64,000 bases of DNA from Glaucostegus cemiculus. Taxonomy: Eukaryota. Every line of letters starts with the position of its first letter. The first letter of the stretch is position 1. A model generated the notes under the pieces. The model searched no databases. It had not been told where the DNA came from and was given only the letters and a program-made list of their open reading frames with translations. This document shows, in pieces, positions 23,147 to 36,505 of the stretch. The stretch is from the NCBI GenBank assembly GCA_976551045.1, contig CDPCPM010000028.1:7130001-7194000 (forward strand). The letters are read 5' to 3'. The position numbers and the translations under genes are program-made.

Positions 23147-24421
23147 TAAAACTATAAACAGTCAAAGTAATTAAAGTTATCTAATGTAAAACTGTTGTAT
23201 GTCTTTACTGCACATTCTACAGACACAGCAGGAAATGGGAGAGTGTTCCCTCCTTTGGATGCTAATACACCAGGCAAGAGGCAGTTATGAAAATCACATA
23301 ACACACCATTCAGGACATAACCATGAACAGGTTCTGAATAGGAATGTGATATGGTACAATATTGAAGATGGAAGAACACACACTAAAATACTGCACTATA
23401 ATTGGATGGGGGGAAAATCATTATGAATAGTGGAGAAAATACCATGCCTGCACCTAAGGTAAATATAATACATGGAGAAAAACCTGTATAAAATTCCTTG
23501 TATTTAAACCAATTTACAAATACAAAAAATCCTGTACAAGCACCGAGCTTGTACAAAGTGATATCTTTCAGTGGGTCCAAGTTAGGGTAAACCAAAAATA
23601 CCTTCAATAGTTTTTTTCTCTACAAAATGACATGAGATATATTATTCCATACTCTTTCAACCAGCAAATGAGTTCTACAAGGTGTATAATACAAAAAAAT
23701 CAGTTCCACAAAACTGCTCTTGACTTTACAGCATTGGTACCATTACAGAATTATTTACAAAGAATTAAAGAACATTCATCCACTGCAGACAATATATCAC
23801 AGTTACTTACAATTGGCAGGAAACACAAAAAGTCCTATAACCTAACAATAATGCTATTATGACACCACATTGTGTTTCCAGTGATTGCAGTGGCATGAAA
23901 GTTGGTTAATTTTATTCACAAATATTTACAATTGATCATATGATAATAAATAAGTGAAAATATATTGGCTCAAGTATGAAAAAACAAGCTACTGATTTCT
24001 AAACAAGAAAGCACATCACTAGAAATAAACTGCAACCTCTCGGATGGCAGGGATTACATCCAGTGTGTCAATTTCTGTTCTATTAAACCCAGCTTAGTCA
24101 CTAATTCTGAAATATAAAAATGTGCTCATATAGGGGGTGCAGGGTAAAAATATTTAATGCTATTATTCTGTGTTGCTACTCTTTCAGAATTTACTATTTC
24201 CAACTTTAAAAAAAATTGGTAGTGGATTCTGATCACGCAGTTGGTACTTCTAGTAAAAGCTTGTCAACACTTGACTCCATTTGTGATCAAAATGTTAAGC
24301 TTCATGGAAAAAATGGATTTTTTAAAAAAACTGTCCACAATGGTCATTTCTCATTAAGACTTCTTGCTTGCTTCAGAACCCTGTAAACGATATTTCAGAA
24401 TACATATTTCAATTCACCCTT

Positions 24422-24577
<156 letters not shown>

Positions 24578-25861
24578 TTATGAGATTTTAATTATTTATA
24601 TTTTGGCTAGCCTTATTCAAATATATGCAAAGTAGTAGTGCTGATCAGAAAGTGCCTGCCAGAAATCCTGAATTAAACAATCATGTTGGTTCTCACAGCC
24701 TTATAATTTTATTAAACATCTCTAGGAAAAGTATCCACTGTTAAGATCACCATTCTAATAACAGTCAACACTCAGTTATCTGGGGAATAAGGATAATGCA
24801 AAATATTAAAACTTCAATCTCATTGTCCATTAAAATACATAATCATGTTTCTTTTGAGAGTTATTTTACCCAGCTTCTCAAGCATTCCAATTCTATTTTA
24901 TGGTCAAAACCAATTTCCATTTACATGGCTGGATAAATATTCACAATTTGGTATGACACTCTGGGATACAGTACTGATATGTAAATAAGCTTGGAAGGTT
25001 TAATCACTGTGTTATTGCAGTTAACATACATTTCTGTGTAGAAAGGTTTTTTAAATATGTTGCAGGCCTTTGAAACCTCACACGATTAACTTACAAGCTG
25101 GTAAATTAGCTGCTTGCTAATCGCTCGTCCTCTGCTTTTGCAAGGAGCCATCTTCTGTCCATCTTTGAATTCATATATTGTTTGAAAATTACTGATGTAG
25201 CCTACCTACTCCATCTACAAAATTATCCAGCTTTGAAATTGGGTTGATTATACAACAATCACATTGTTCACTTTTTCAGGCTACCTGTTAATGCAAGGGG
25301 AATTAAAAAGGTGCTCAAGTGCTCTCTCACCTTGTAAATAGCCTCCCTTAAATCAGAATGTAATGAATTGATGAATGGAAAGACTAGCACAAGATGGAAT
25401 GTCAGAATATTGATCTTTGTACAAAGTAGAACATATTAAATGCTGCTCTTCTTGGCCTATCAACAAACTAAATTATAGAGAAATAAACTGCCAGCAGCAT
25501 GTTCTGCCTGGTCTCCATCCTGATTGGTTGTGCTTCCCAGTAACCAAATACACACTTATTGTACTTTACAAAGTCTCCATGGAGTTGCATCATCTTAATT
25601 GGGAAATTCATTCAATAATGTGTCCCAGATAGTCCTCAAGCTCCAGTCTTTTTTCTACTTAGATACCCCCTCCCCAGACTAATACTTCTAAGGTTTTATT
25701 CTACTTCTGCTGAGTACATTTTCTCACATATGAACAGCACCATACAAATTCAACTTGAAAGAATCGTAACTTCATACTAATTTATGAAGCCAAATAGCTG
25801 GACTTCTTGCCTGGCTTACTGACTTGCTTATTGTCTAGCATGCAAATAAAAAATTTCTTAC

Positions 25862-25953
25862 CTGCGACCATATTCTGAATACTTAGCAACATTTTTTAAG
25901 ATTAAGGCAGCTGTTAGCCGGATGTGTTTTGTAATTGGGCCTTCTTTTTCATC
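25862..25953 (-). CDS. ARID2: ARID2 exon 20
   Basis: [30 protein letters not shown]; canonical AG/GT, 92 nt. Confidence 0.96.
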
Positions 25954-26069
25954 CTGGAAACAAGAATTGAAAAAATTACATTGGTTTTGGCAAATAAAAC
26001 ATGCTAACTTGTAGGAAGCAAATTACATTAAATGCTTAACTAATACTTAATCCATTTTATTTTGCTCAC

Positions 26070-26190
26070 CATATAGTCTCTAAATGCAAGGTTCCTTGAT
26101 CCTCTCCTCAGTGCCACTAGAGCAGCACTGGGATGATTCACAATAGTCTTCTGTGCTTTAGGAGTGGAAGTCGCCCCTGCAGGTGTCTGC
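26070..26190 (-). CDS. ARID2: ARID2 exon 19
   Basis: [40 protein letters not shown]; AG/GT, 121 nt. Confidence 0.95.
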
Positions 26191-26691
26191 CTGTGGAAAT
26201 AATGAAAGATTAATGGAGCAAATTCAGAAGATGTTAAACATTTGCATTCCCTCACTCAGACTCTATTATGTTTGTGGAAAACTTATGCAAGTTTCTCCTT
26301 TAAAACCTGACTAGCACAACTTGCATTTATATAGCATCTTTTGCAGATAAACATCCTGACGTTCTTCACAGTGGTGTAAACCAAAAAAAGCGCAGTTACA
26401 ATGTGCGGTAGGCAGGTAAGGAAGACCAGCGTTCAACAATTTAGTGAAACTGGGTCAGGAAAAGTAATGGGAGAGAGAGAGAAAAGAAACGGGGAAAAAT
26501 GTGGTTTCACGTGGATGGTGGGGAGCAGCAGTACAAGATGCATACAGAGGGCTTAAGCCACAGCTGCAGCTGGGCTAAATGTATAAATATGAAGTTGCAT
26601 AAGTTGGTTAATTTAACATCGCAACTGACTAGCAGCATTGTAGAAGCAAATCAAACAATTTTTCTATATTGAAATATTAGTGCCTTCTTAC

Positions 26692-26780
26692 CTGTTAGAA
26701 GATTGGTGGTTTCCATTGTGTGGTTGCTCTTCAAGCTTCTTCAGTCCTGCGAGGAGTGCTTCTTTTGTGCAATGTTTATC
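26692..26780 (-). CDS. ARID2: ARID2 exon 18
   Basis: [19 protein letters not shown]...; AG/GT, 89 nt; completes the second zinc finger. Confidence 0.95.
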
Positions 26781-26871
26781 CTATATAAATATATAGGAAA
26801 TTGGACCATGTCATATACAGCTTTAAAGCCAAAAACAAAACACCACTTAACAAATCTCTGCCATTATCTAC

Positions 26872-27010
26872 CTGTAAGTGAGTAATGAAGGAAAATCTTT
26901 GCCGTGGGAATTGTTCACAGGCTTCCCACATACATGCCCCAGGATACACATTTTTCCCTCCATGCTCAGTTGCTGCATGGTAGTACACCTGGGATGGAGA
27001 ATCAAACCAT
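26872..27010 (-). CDS. ARID2: ARID2 exon 17 (C2H2 zinc fingers)
   Basis: [46 protein letters not shown]; AG/GT, 139 nt. Confidence 0.96.
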
Positions 27011-28877
27011 CTAAAATTGTAAAGAAAAACATTTAGTTTCCCCAACCTCAAATGCAGTGTTTCTATTCGCTCTCAGCATTCAGAAACTAGGGAACTGATC
27101 GTGTCCCAGCAAAGCTCTTCCAAAAGTCTCTGCCCAAAGCATTCTGAGCACCACCATTCTGAGCATTACATTATTTTATTTGTTTCTACTCTCTGGGTTT
27201 ATACTGCTTATTTTTTGTTTCATGTATTTGAGAGGAACATTAAGGTGCAATACCTTCACCTATCAATAATTACGAATTGTTTTGGTAAAATAAGAGGACA
27301 GACAATTACAAAAACTATTATAATGAAAAACAACTATGAATAAGTGTTAATAAAACACTACAAGTCACTAATTAAAAAAGGATATGATTTCATAATTATA
27401 TTTCATGCTGTCCTCAAAAATCTAGAGGGTTTTTGTTTCCTCAGTAGTCCTAGTCAGAGAATCTACTGCAATGGCTTTGCTTCCCAGTCCTACGGGAGTT
27501 ATCTCTGGTCTGTTCTGGAGGTCTACCTCAATATTTAATCTACATCTACCCCCTCAATGGCATTGTCCAAAGTCAAGGCCCATGTGTGCTTTTGATGATC
27601 TCAAACTCCATCTATCACTCAATCCCATTGCATTGGCTCATCTATTGTACAGTACTGCATAAGCACAATTTTCTTTAATATTCAAAAGTCCAGTCCATTG
27701 CTTTGATACTCGTCGTAACAGTCTATTTCCTTCCATGGTCACTCCCAGAGGCTGAACTAGAGCATTCACAGCCTATCCTATTTGGGCCAGAATCAAGTTT
27801 CCATCTACAAATATATGCAATCACCCAGACCAACTATTTAACATCTTCTGTAACACTGCTCACCTCTGCTCCAGAAACACTCACTCAGCTATTCCTTTAT
27901 ATAGTCAGTCCTAGGAAAACAAGCTTCTACCTGTTCTTCCACTTTCCAGCCTCTATAAATTGGAACATAAATCAAAAATCTGCTCATTCTGTCACAAACT
28001 CATTCTGTTATTTGTCAATAAATTTGGTGCATTTAAACCCATACTGGTTCTTCACCAACCTACATTAACAACCCAATCTGGCTATACTTTTGTTTTAATA
28101 TTCTTATCCTCATCTACAAATGGCATCACGACTCATTCCTCCCTAGCTCTCTAATCCTCAGATCGCTACTCTTCCAATGCTGATCTCTTCATCTTCAATT
28201 TTAGCGATCTATTACCAAGAGCCATGCCTTCAGTTGTCAAAGATGTTATTTAAATACAAGTCACCTTGCTCCTTTCTGAAAGATATTTTCAATGCTTAAA
28301 ACATAATGGCATAGAAATTTATTAATGCCAAATGAATGCAACTTTCCAGGCAATGCATAGACACCCAAGGTGCATTTTGCAAGCTTAACAGTGGAAATTC
28401 TATGATGCATAAAGCACAGCTAAAAACAGCTAAGTAAAGGGTCTGGTTTGCAGGATGCAAGGGGGAGAGACCTAACTGATGGAGACAGAGAATGCAACCA
28501 GTGTCAGGGAGGGGCAGCAGTATTTGCTGAGCTGGGGCAGAAGGATGATGGTGGTGGTGTACATCATGACATTGGTGGGGAGGAGATGCAGGGATTGCAA
28601 CTGAGAAATTAACATGAAGTGACCCGATACCCTAGCACAATACTACTTTAAAATTATGCTGTCATTCAAGTTATCCAGAAAGGAGCAACATCAGATAGTG
28701 AACTGCCTAAGATTACTGGTTATAAAACCTTGCCTTCTAATGTGCATTTAATAGAGTGGCTCAAAAGATTTTCCAAACAGAAAATACAAGAGCAACACGG
28801 CACACCTCTTGATAATCTGTCATTTAAGAATGTGCAACTTCTATAGAATCAATTTTTAAGCATCAAAAGTGGATCAC

Positions 28878-29032
28878 CTCCTGCATGCTTGCCACAAGCA
28901 CATGAAATTCTGTCCTGGTTTTCGTGTTAGCTCTCCGTTTTGTTGCAGTGATGGAACTTGAGGCTGGAGGGGCTGGGAACTGTTTTGCTGGATTGCTGCT
29001 GCTGGTGGTGATGTTACTGCTAAAGGAGAAGA
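28878..29032 (-). CDS. ARID2: ARID2 exon 16
   Basis: SSPLAVTSPP...RKPGQNFMCLWQACR; cctttag acceptor in phase 0, AG|gtgatc donor, 155 nt. Confidence 0.9.
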
Positions 29033-29839
29033 CTAAAGGAACAGTCATAATTTGTAAATCATTACAAATAGTGTAGGCACATTACTACTACTGAAATATA
29101 CAGTAAAAGTTCAATTAAGATTAACATAGCTTAAAACGTAGTCCTCAAACAGATAACTTTTGCACCATAATGATACAAGATTAAAATGTGCCAAGAATTT
29201 GAGAACATCAGGCCAGACTTTGCTGGAGTAGGATGTCTTGTAGTACACCCAGTTTAGATGTACAATTATTGCACAATGTTCCCTGAAAGTGATGAAGTAG
29301 CTTATTTTATCATATTTTATCCTTTATATCTTTTCCAACCTTATATACCAGCTACAAAATAATACCATTTCACTGAAACCATTTACCTCAACAGTAAGGA
29401 TTTTGAAACTGCAAGTTTGAATACAGCACTATGAAATTAGGTTCAAAGTTGTATTTAACCTAAACATTACTATTATACCTAAATTTCATAAAACATTGTC
29501 ATGCTTACTTGATTTATTTGAGAACAATATGAAAAGTCAGTCACAGTGCAGTGGTAAATTCACATTCACACTAATTTAAACAATCCATTTATTCAAATAA
29601 AATGAAACACAAAAGGCTAAACTGCAAAAGGTACAGGTCACTGATGGTACAGCAAGGTACTTAAGTGATGAGCTGAGTAATACACCACACCCCAGTATTT
29701 GCTGAGTTAGCTGGAGTCAGCAGTGATCATGGCAGGGATGTTAAATTGATTTCCACGCTCCTCAATCATACAGTGAAAAACTGACCTGATACCTCATTCC
29801 TTATAATTCTTCAGCAGTTCCCATTGCAAGTCTAATGAT

Positions 29840-30860
29840 AGATTCTGATATTGAAGATGCTGAGAAAGGACCATTACTGATGACAGTGTTAAAGGAGTTC
29901 ACTGCAGAAACCTTTGTCATATATGTGTCATATTGGATGACCTTTGCTGAGCACATTTTCCTTGTACCCAGTCTAACAAATTTAAAAATGGATCTTGCCT
30001 TCACTCCAACTTTTTCAACTCTATTGATTACACACCAATTTAGACAGATTGTCCTCATTAGTTGGCCCTCAATTCCTGGTACCATTCTGGTAAACCTATA
30101 ATAGAATTCCTCCTACACATCTTTACTACAGTGCCCAAAACTTAATGTAATACTCTGGACAGAACCTGACCAAGATGCTATATAACAAGTACAGCTGACT
30201 CACTTTGCATTACAACCCCTCTGATATAAAGGAAGGTATTCGATTATCTTTTTGATTGCTGGTATATTGACTTCTGGGTGTTTATACACATGAATACCAA
30301 AATCCCTTTGCTCTTCCACAATTCCACCATCTAAAAAATATTCCAATTCAGCTTTTTTGGATCCAGTTAGATGACCTTGCTCTTCTCCACACCAAATTTA
30401 CCAGTTTAGCCAATCTTTATTCTGTTCTAACTAGTGGCACCTTTCAATAAAACTTGGTACTTTGTTTAATAACTAATGCAAACTTAAAAATGCAGCTCTC
30501 TAGTTCTTTATTCATTAATCTCTCTAATGATAAGCAGAGAACCCAGTACTGAATCCTGAAAAAAACCTTTGTTTTAAATCCCTGTTCTAACTCCAACCAA
30601 ATACCAATCCATATCCCCAAATTCCACCCAATCTAATTTTTGCTAATTAGAATTATTGTTAGAATTTTGTCAAATGTCTTAGGGAAATCCATATAGATGT
30701 CATCCATAGACATTTCTCTGTCCATTATGTTACTGGCCTCCTCAAAAATTCATCTAAATTAGTCAGGCATAACCTACCTTACACAAATCCATGCAAATCT
30801 TTGATCAGCTCAGACTTGTTCAAGTGCTCAGTCACTCTGTCCCTGGTGATAGATTCCAGT
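29840..30860 (-). mobile_element. Old decayed CR1 LINE (RT region)
   Basis: Reverse complement of 30660-30790 resembles the CR1 RT motifs HGF...CLTNL and Y.DF.K.FDK; 30080-30400 resembles the downstream ORF2 part. Confidence 0.65.
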
Positions 30861-32278
30861 AATAACTATACTTCAACTGACATTAAATATCAGTGCTTTC
30901 ATTAATTAATGAGAAAGCATCACAATTCCTAGACATTGACTCACACAAGATTTGGAGCTTTCTAAAAAGACACTGGAAATCCTGAAAGTTGAAGTGGCTG
31001 ATGCAAACAGGTGTTAATTACAATATCTGTTAAGCAGCTAGAAAATTCAATGCGAACAATCCACTAATCTAAAGACAACCATGTGCACTCCTACCAAAAG
31101 AATTCATGTCACTACTGCCATTGCGGAGCAGCTGGTAGAAGGTACAATTATACAGCAGTGGATGTCTGATCCACTTGTCAAGCAGTTCATATGGTATAAC
31201 TTAACATCACAATTATTAAAAACATCATACTCCATATTTAATCAAACACGGGAGGGTGATCTTGAAGCTTAACCATCTCCCAGTAGATTCTTAGTCAGGC
31301 AACTGAACAAGCTATGTATTGAAAAGGAACTTTAAGATTTACTTTTCATTAAAAAAATCATGCAAGTAAGACCACAACTCGCCTTGTATATCTATTATAA
31401 ATGATGAAGAAAAAAAATTAATTGCCAAGCCAAACAGCAGCAAAGAAAGCAGCAGTAAGTGGCCCAAAAAGGCAGGCCTGGACAGGACTAATTAAACCCC
31501 ACACCAAATACTTGAAGGTGGTCCTTCCTCTCATCTGCAAATGTGGAAAAATGCCATTTTATAATTGTTTAAAATGAAGTCTGACATGAGGATCTGCACA
31601 CAAATGGTTTCTGGTATGGCAATTAAATAAGATGCAAATATACCATTTGAAGTATATGAAACTTATTAAAAACAGCATCGTATATACTAAAAGTATCTTA
31701 GATTACAAAATATGTATTTGTAACACAATCATGGAATTGCTGGCAAGAAATTGATATGCAGCACCAGATGTTGAACTATTTTCTAAGTTTCCTTCTAAAT
31801 GTGTTCATTTTTTGGTAGAAAGCGAGTGAGAACATGGTAATTGGATCAAGTACTGAAAAGACGATGAAAATTAGATTAAGTGCCATTAGGTAAATTCAGT
31901 GGACATGTTGAAATTTTTAAGAACGTGGATCAGAAAGCTCTCAGTGATGTTATTTCCTGAGCACATCACACTTGCTTTTGCTTGGAAGTTATTCAATGTA
32001 AAATTTTACAATTATCAGGAATCTTTATAGCTACAAAGCTTAATACAAGGCCCCATATTCTTTTAAAACCTTAGATATACTGTAATTTTGCATTTCTTCA
32101 GTAACAAATTCTGTAAAAACAGTCAGAAAATTACAAAGGTCACAAAGTCTGATTCAGAAACAAAATGTCAGCTTATACTAAACAGGGATTGGACAATCCT
32201 CTACCAATTTAAATTTACAATTTTGTAACAATGATAAAGAAAGCATAAATGAACAGCAATTTTTGACACATTGCTTAC

Positions 32279-35094
32279 CTGATTAACTATAGCCTGTGTA
32301 AAAACAGGTGGATGCTGATTTTGCTGTGTTACACTGTCCATTGCTACTTTAGCTATACTATTGGAATCAGCTCCTACTGGCACAGCCACCATTGTTGAAC
32401 TGCAACCAGCATTGTTAGGGTCACTGATGGTAACAATCCTTACTCCCACTTTATTTGGAATTCCTGATATATTATCTTTGCATTCAGCTGACCTTTTTAC
32501 AGGTTGACATTCAGTTGAACCATTGGTTGTTGGAGTCTGATAAAGTTGGACTGAATGTACAGCTACAGGTCCAGTTTGGTGTGAAGCTGGAGAGTAATGC
32601 ACCTGGGCAGAGTTAGAAACTGAAGACACAGCTGAACTTGGACATTGCTGAAGCTGAGGCACCACTGAGTTTATGCCAGCTGTCATAGGTCCATTGGATA
32701 ATCCTGAGTTTGTACCACTGAATTGCTGGTCAATAGAGTTTGAAACCACTGCACAGCTAGCGCTAGAATTTCCTACTGAAACAGGTCCATTATGTATTTT
32801 GGTCAGTTGAACACTTTTGGCAGAATTTTGCTGATTACTGTCCATATTGCCCCATTGCTCCTGTGCAACAATATCACCATTTTCCACATGTTTGGAAGCT
32901 CTATGATTTGGAATGTTTTTGCTTAAGTGTGAATCATCCCCTTTGTCAAAGTCACAGATCCCATTTACCATGGGTAGCTTCAAAGGATCTTTTTTACTTT
33001 CCTGCACCCCTGCACAGTCTGTATTTAGCTTCCCATTGACTACATTTTGACTTGCTCCTGTCAGAGGTCCATTTGAAGCCAATGTACACTGCATGGGTTG
33101 AGAGTGAGCAATCCCTGAGTTAGACGGAGGTAGACGTGAACTATCGTGTTCTTTTCCATTCACAAGTTTTGCTGCCTGCATATCATTTTCCTTTAAGCCA
33201 CCATTGGTTGTACTAGCAGCTCCCTCTGCACAAGAAGGGTTCTCCATGATTTCTATTTTGCGTTCATGTAGATGTAAATCTGTGGTATCTTTTGCTTCTT
33301 CCTCCTTCTGACAAATAATTTTATCCCCTGTGAAGACAGCTTCAGATTCTGAGCTTTTTCCCTGTCCACTCACTGGCGTCACAATAGGTGAAGGTGTTTG
33401 CACTTGGAGGCCAACTCCTGCTTGTGACCCACTAACAGGAACTCCTGTCGGGGCCAGGATCTGCGTTCCACTGCAATGACTTCCAGACGGAGTAGCAAAG
33501 GTGGTATTTGGCACAACAGTTATGGTTACCTGGTTGCCTGTTGATCCCTGGAGAAGAGCAGCAGTGTTACTAGCAGAGATCAACTGACCTGGTAAGATCT
33601 GCATATGAGGAATTGCGACTGTTTGCACTGACCCTTGTGAGTGGATGGGACTTTGAACAAGCTGCACGTTTTGCTGCCCAACTACTAATTGCTGACCTGG
33701 GGCTTGAACTCCAATATTTGTTGCCTGACTATGAGTCACTTGGTAGACTACCTGAGGACTAGGAGCTCTAGCAGGGGAAGGGGGAGGCATTTGAGGAGCA
33801 GGTAATATAAGTTTACCGCCTGGAGTTTGGGGGCCCCTTTTTGGAAGAAGTAACTGTTTTATTAAACTAGACTCTCCAGCGGGTGGTTGAGTAGAACCAG
33901 TGCCTGTCTGCTGAGACTGAAGCTGCACCTGGAACTGCTTTTGGGGATGTTGTTGCTGCTGTTGCTGCCGTTTCACAGACAGCATCTTACTCACAGTTTG
34001 AGGCCCCTGCACTTGAGGGGTGGAAGGCTGCGTAACCAAACCCATTTGTACCTGATTGCTGTTGACAGGTACAGGAGATGGCGAGGATGAGGGGGTCACA
34101 TTTGCATTCCCAGCCAAGTGAATAGCTTGGCCAGCTTGAACAGAAGCTGGATTTGTCAATAATATCTGATGAATCGCAGGAGCAAAATTCTGTCCCTGTG
34201 AAGCTGGCTGACTAACAATCATACGTACACTCTGCTGGGGTTGTTGCTGCATTAGAGTAGACTGAACATGCTGTGGTGCCATTCCTGCTGGTTTTGGTGC
34301 TATATTCTGGAAACTCATCCTGGGGACTGGAGAGCTTTGAACACCAGTAAATGCAACCACTTGACCTGTTGAGACTTGGAAATTTTGTACTGCAGCGCCA
34401 GATACAACAGCAGAACTGGGGGTGGTTGAATAGTGTTGAGATGCTAACAGTACATTGTCTTGTTGGTTATTTGTTCTTGGCTGGTGACAGGATGTCTGTA
34501 CAGGGTGGGTTGCTGTACCTGATAACAATTGTCCTTGCGAAACAATAACAGTGTTGGCTGATATATTTGGAACTCTGTCAATTGCTGAGTGGCTGTGAGA
34601 GACAGCCTGCTGTATCACAGTAACAGTTGTTGTTGCAGAGGTATTCACCTGATTAGAAGATACAATTGGTATAGAGAGCTGGTGACCAGGAAGCTGCTGT
34701 TGAAAGAACTGTGGCTGGTGAAGCAATTGTTGAGAAGTTGTCATTGCAACTGATGACTGTGTCGTTGTTGTGGCTTGGTTTTGGATCAATGTTCCTTGGG
34801 GAATGTTGGTTCCTGTCAATGAATATGGTGCGGGAGCTGGGGTTTGAGTACTAAAGGTTGAAGATTGCACAAATGAACATCTTGTTGCTTCACTCGTAAC
34901 TGGAGTTCTGCTTTGTATGACAGCCACAGTAGCATTTTGGTGTGGTTGTGCCAGACCAGTTTGGTCTTGTATTTTGTTTGTAATATTTGGAGCTGGGACA
35001 CTTTGTTGAAATGTATAGATCATTTGAGATCCTGGTTGAGCAGTAGAAAGGTTAGCTGCAGGGACCCGTTGTAAGTGGTTTACCATTGCCTGTG
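32279..35094 (-). CDS. ARID2: ARID2 giant exon 15 (Q/P/S/T-rich)
   Basis: 2816-nt open frame, phase 1-0; conserved FQNIAPKP, ESSLIKQLLLPKRGP.TPGGKLILPAPQ, GDKIICQKEEEAKD, NGICDFDKGD, SGIPNKVGVRIVTISDPNNAGCS. Confidence 0.97.
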
Positions 35095-35329
35095 CTGAAA
35101 AGGTAAAAAGGTAAAATAAGTTCAATGGATACCACTGTTCTTTCAAGAACTGTCAATTTTCAACAGGGCCTTTACAAATTAATATCCTCTAACAATTCAG
35201 TTGAGTTTATTCAGAAACTAATACAGACTAATGAAGACATCATCTTCAGAATAAACCAAACATCTAGTATCAGGCCAGCCTCACCGAAAGCAAGATCATC
35301 CTTTGTGTGAAAATCAAAAAGAGACGAAA

Positions 35330-35510
35330 TAAAATGCTGGAAAACTGAAAATAAAACAAAAAATTCTATAAACACTCAGCAGATCAGGCAGCATCTGCAG
35401 AAAGAAACAAGGGTACGGAGGAAGATTCCTTGGCCTGAAACGTGAATTGCTTCTCTTTCCACAGAAGCTGCCTGACCCATTGCTTGTTTCGTGCTTTTAT
35501 TTTGATTTTC
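35330..35510. mobile_element. Palindromic non-autonomous element derived from Penelope terminal repeats (MER6-like)
   Basis: Arms CAGGCAGCATCTGCAGAAAGAAAC and TCTCTTTCCACAGAAGCTGCCTG; shares motifs with the PLE tails at 36048 and 51540. Confidence 0.6.
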
Positions 35511-36047
35511 TCGTGTTATATATCAGCTGATCACCCCTGCAAACCTACACACTCATGTCTATACCACCACCCCATAATGATTAGTAGCTAAATGAATAAC
35601 AGCATTAAAAAGGATAAATTGTATTATGAAAGTGATGAAACTGCAGCCAAATAAATCTTTTGAAGAGATGACAGAGTCAATAATAACCCAATCAACCAGC
35701 GTAGCCAAAATTGCTACAGCCATAAATATTTTGTTAACAAGTGCAAGCAATGTATAATTATATTACATCTGTACATAGTAAAATGCCTCAAGGTGCAACA
35801 CAAATGTTTTATTAACAAAATTTGACTCTAAACCAATTAAGAAAACATGAGGGAAATTGTCCAAAAGAGCCAGTTCAAAGACATGGGTTTTAAACAGTTC
35901 TTTAAAAACAGGTAAAAAGGTGTAGGGAGGGTTTTCAAAAAGTGGCCCTTTGTTGCTGATGGAGCAATTCATAGTTATTCAAGGATTTTGTAAAAATAAA
36001 ACAACCGCTCAGCCTGTGTCCATAAGATTGTGAAATGTTGACATCAA

Positions 36048-36505
36048 AGACAGTAGAAGTATTCCTGAAGCAACAAGCACACAAAATGCTGGAGGAACTC
36101 AGCAGGTCAGACAGCATCTGTGAAGAGAAATGAATAGTAGTCGACGTTTTGGGCTGAGATCCTTCATCAGGACTGGAAAGAGGGCAGAAGCCAGAATAAA
36201 AGGATGGGGGGGTGGGGGCGGGGGGGGGAGAAGCACGAGTTAGTGGGTGATAGACGAATCCAGGTGAGGGGGGAAGGTAGGTAGGTGGGGGAGGGAAGTG
36301 GGAATGATGTGAGAATCTGGGAGGTGACAGGAGGAAAAGGCAAAGGGTTGAACAAGATGAAATCTGATAGGAGAGGATAGTCCACCATGGAATAAAGGGA
36401 AGGTGGGGAACCAGGGGGGTGAAGGTGTGGGCGAAAGGCAGGTTGTGAGAGTAGGGGGAGGAAAACGGGAGCAGTGATTACCAGAAGTTAGAGAAATCAA
36501 TGGTA
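36048..36505 (-). mobile_element. Penelope-like element 3' end / pLTR
   Basis: Reverse-complement similar to 51150-51615; includes the end of the ORF (ATTGATTTCTCTAACTTC) and a hammerhead-like motif. Confidence 0.85.
36139..36175 (-). ncRNA. Degenerate minimal type I hammerhead ribozyme motif of a PLE
   Basis: CAGTC-CTGATGA-AGGATCTCAGCCC-AAAA-CG-TC-GACT; the GAAA box reads AAAA. Confidence 0.6.
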
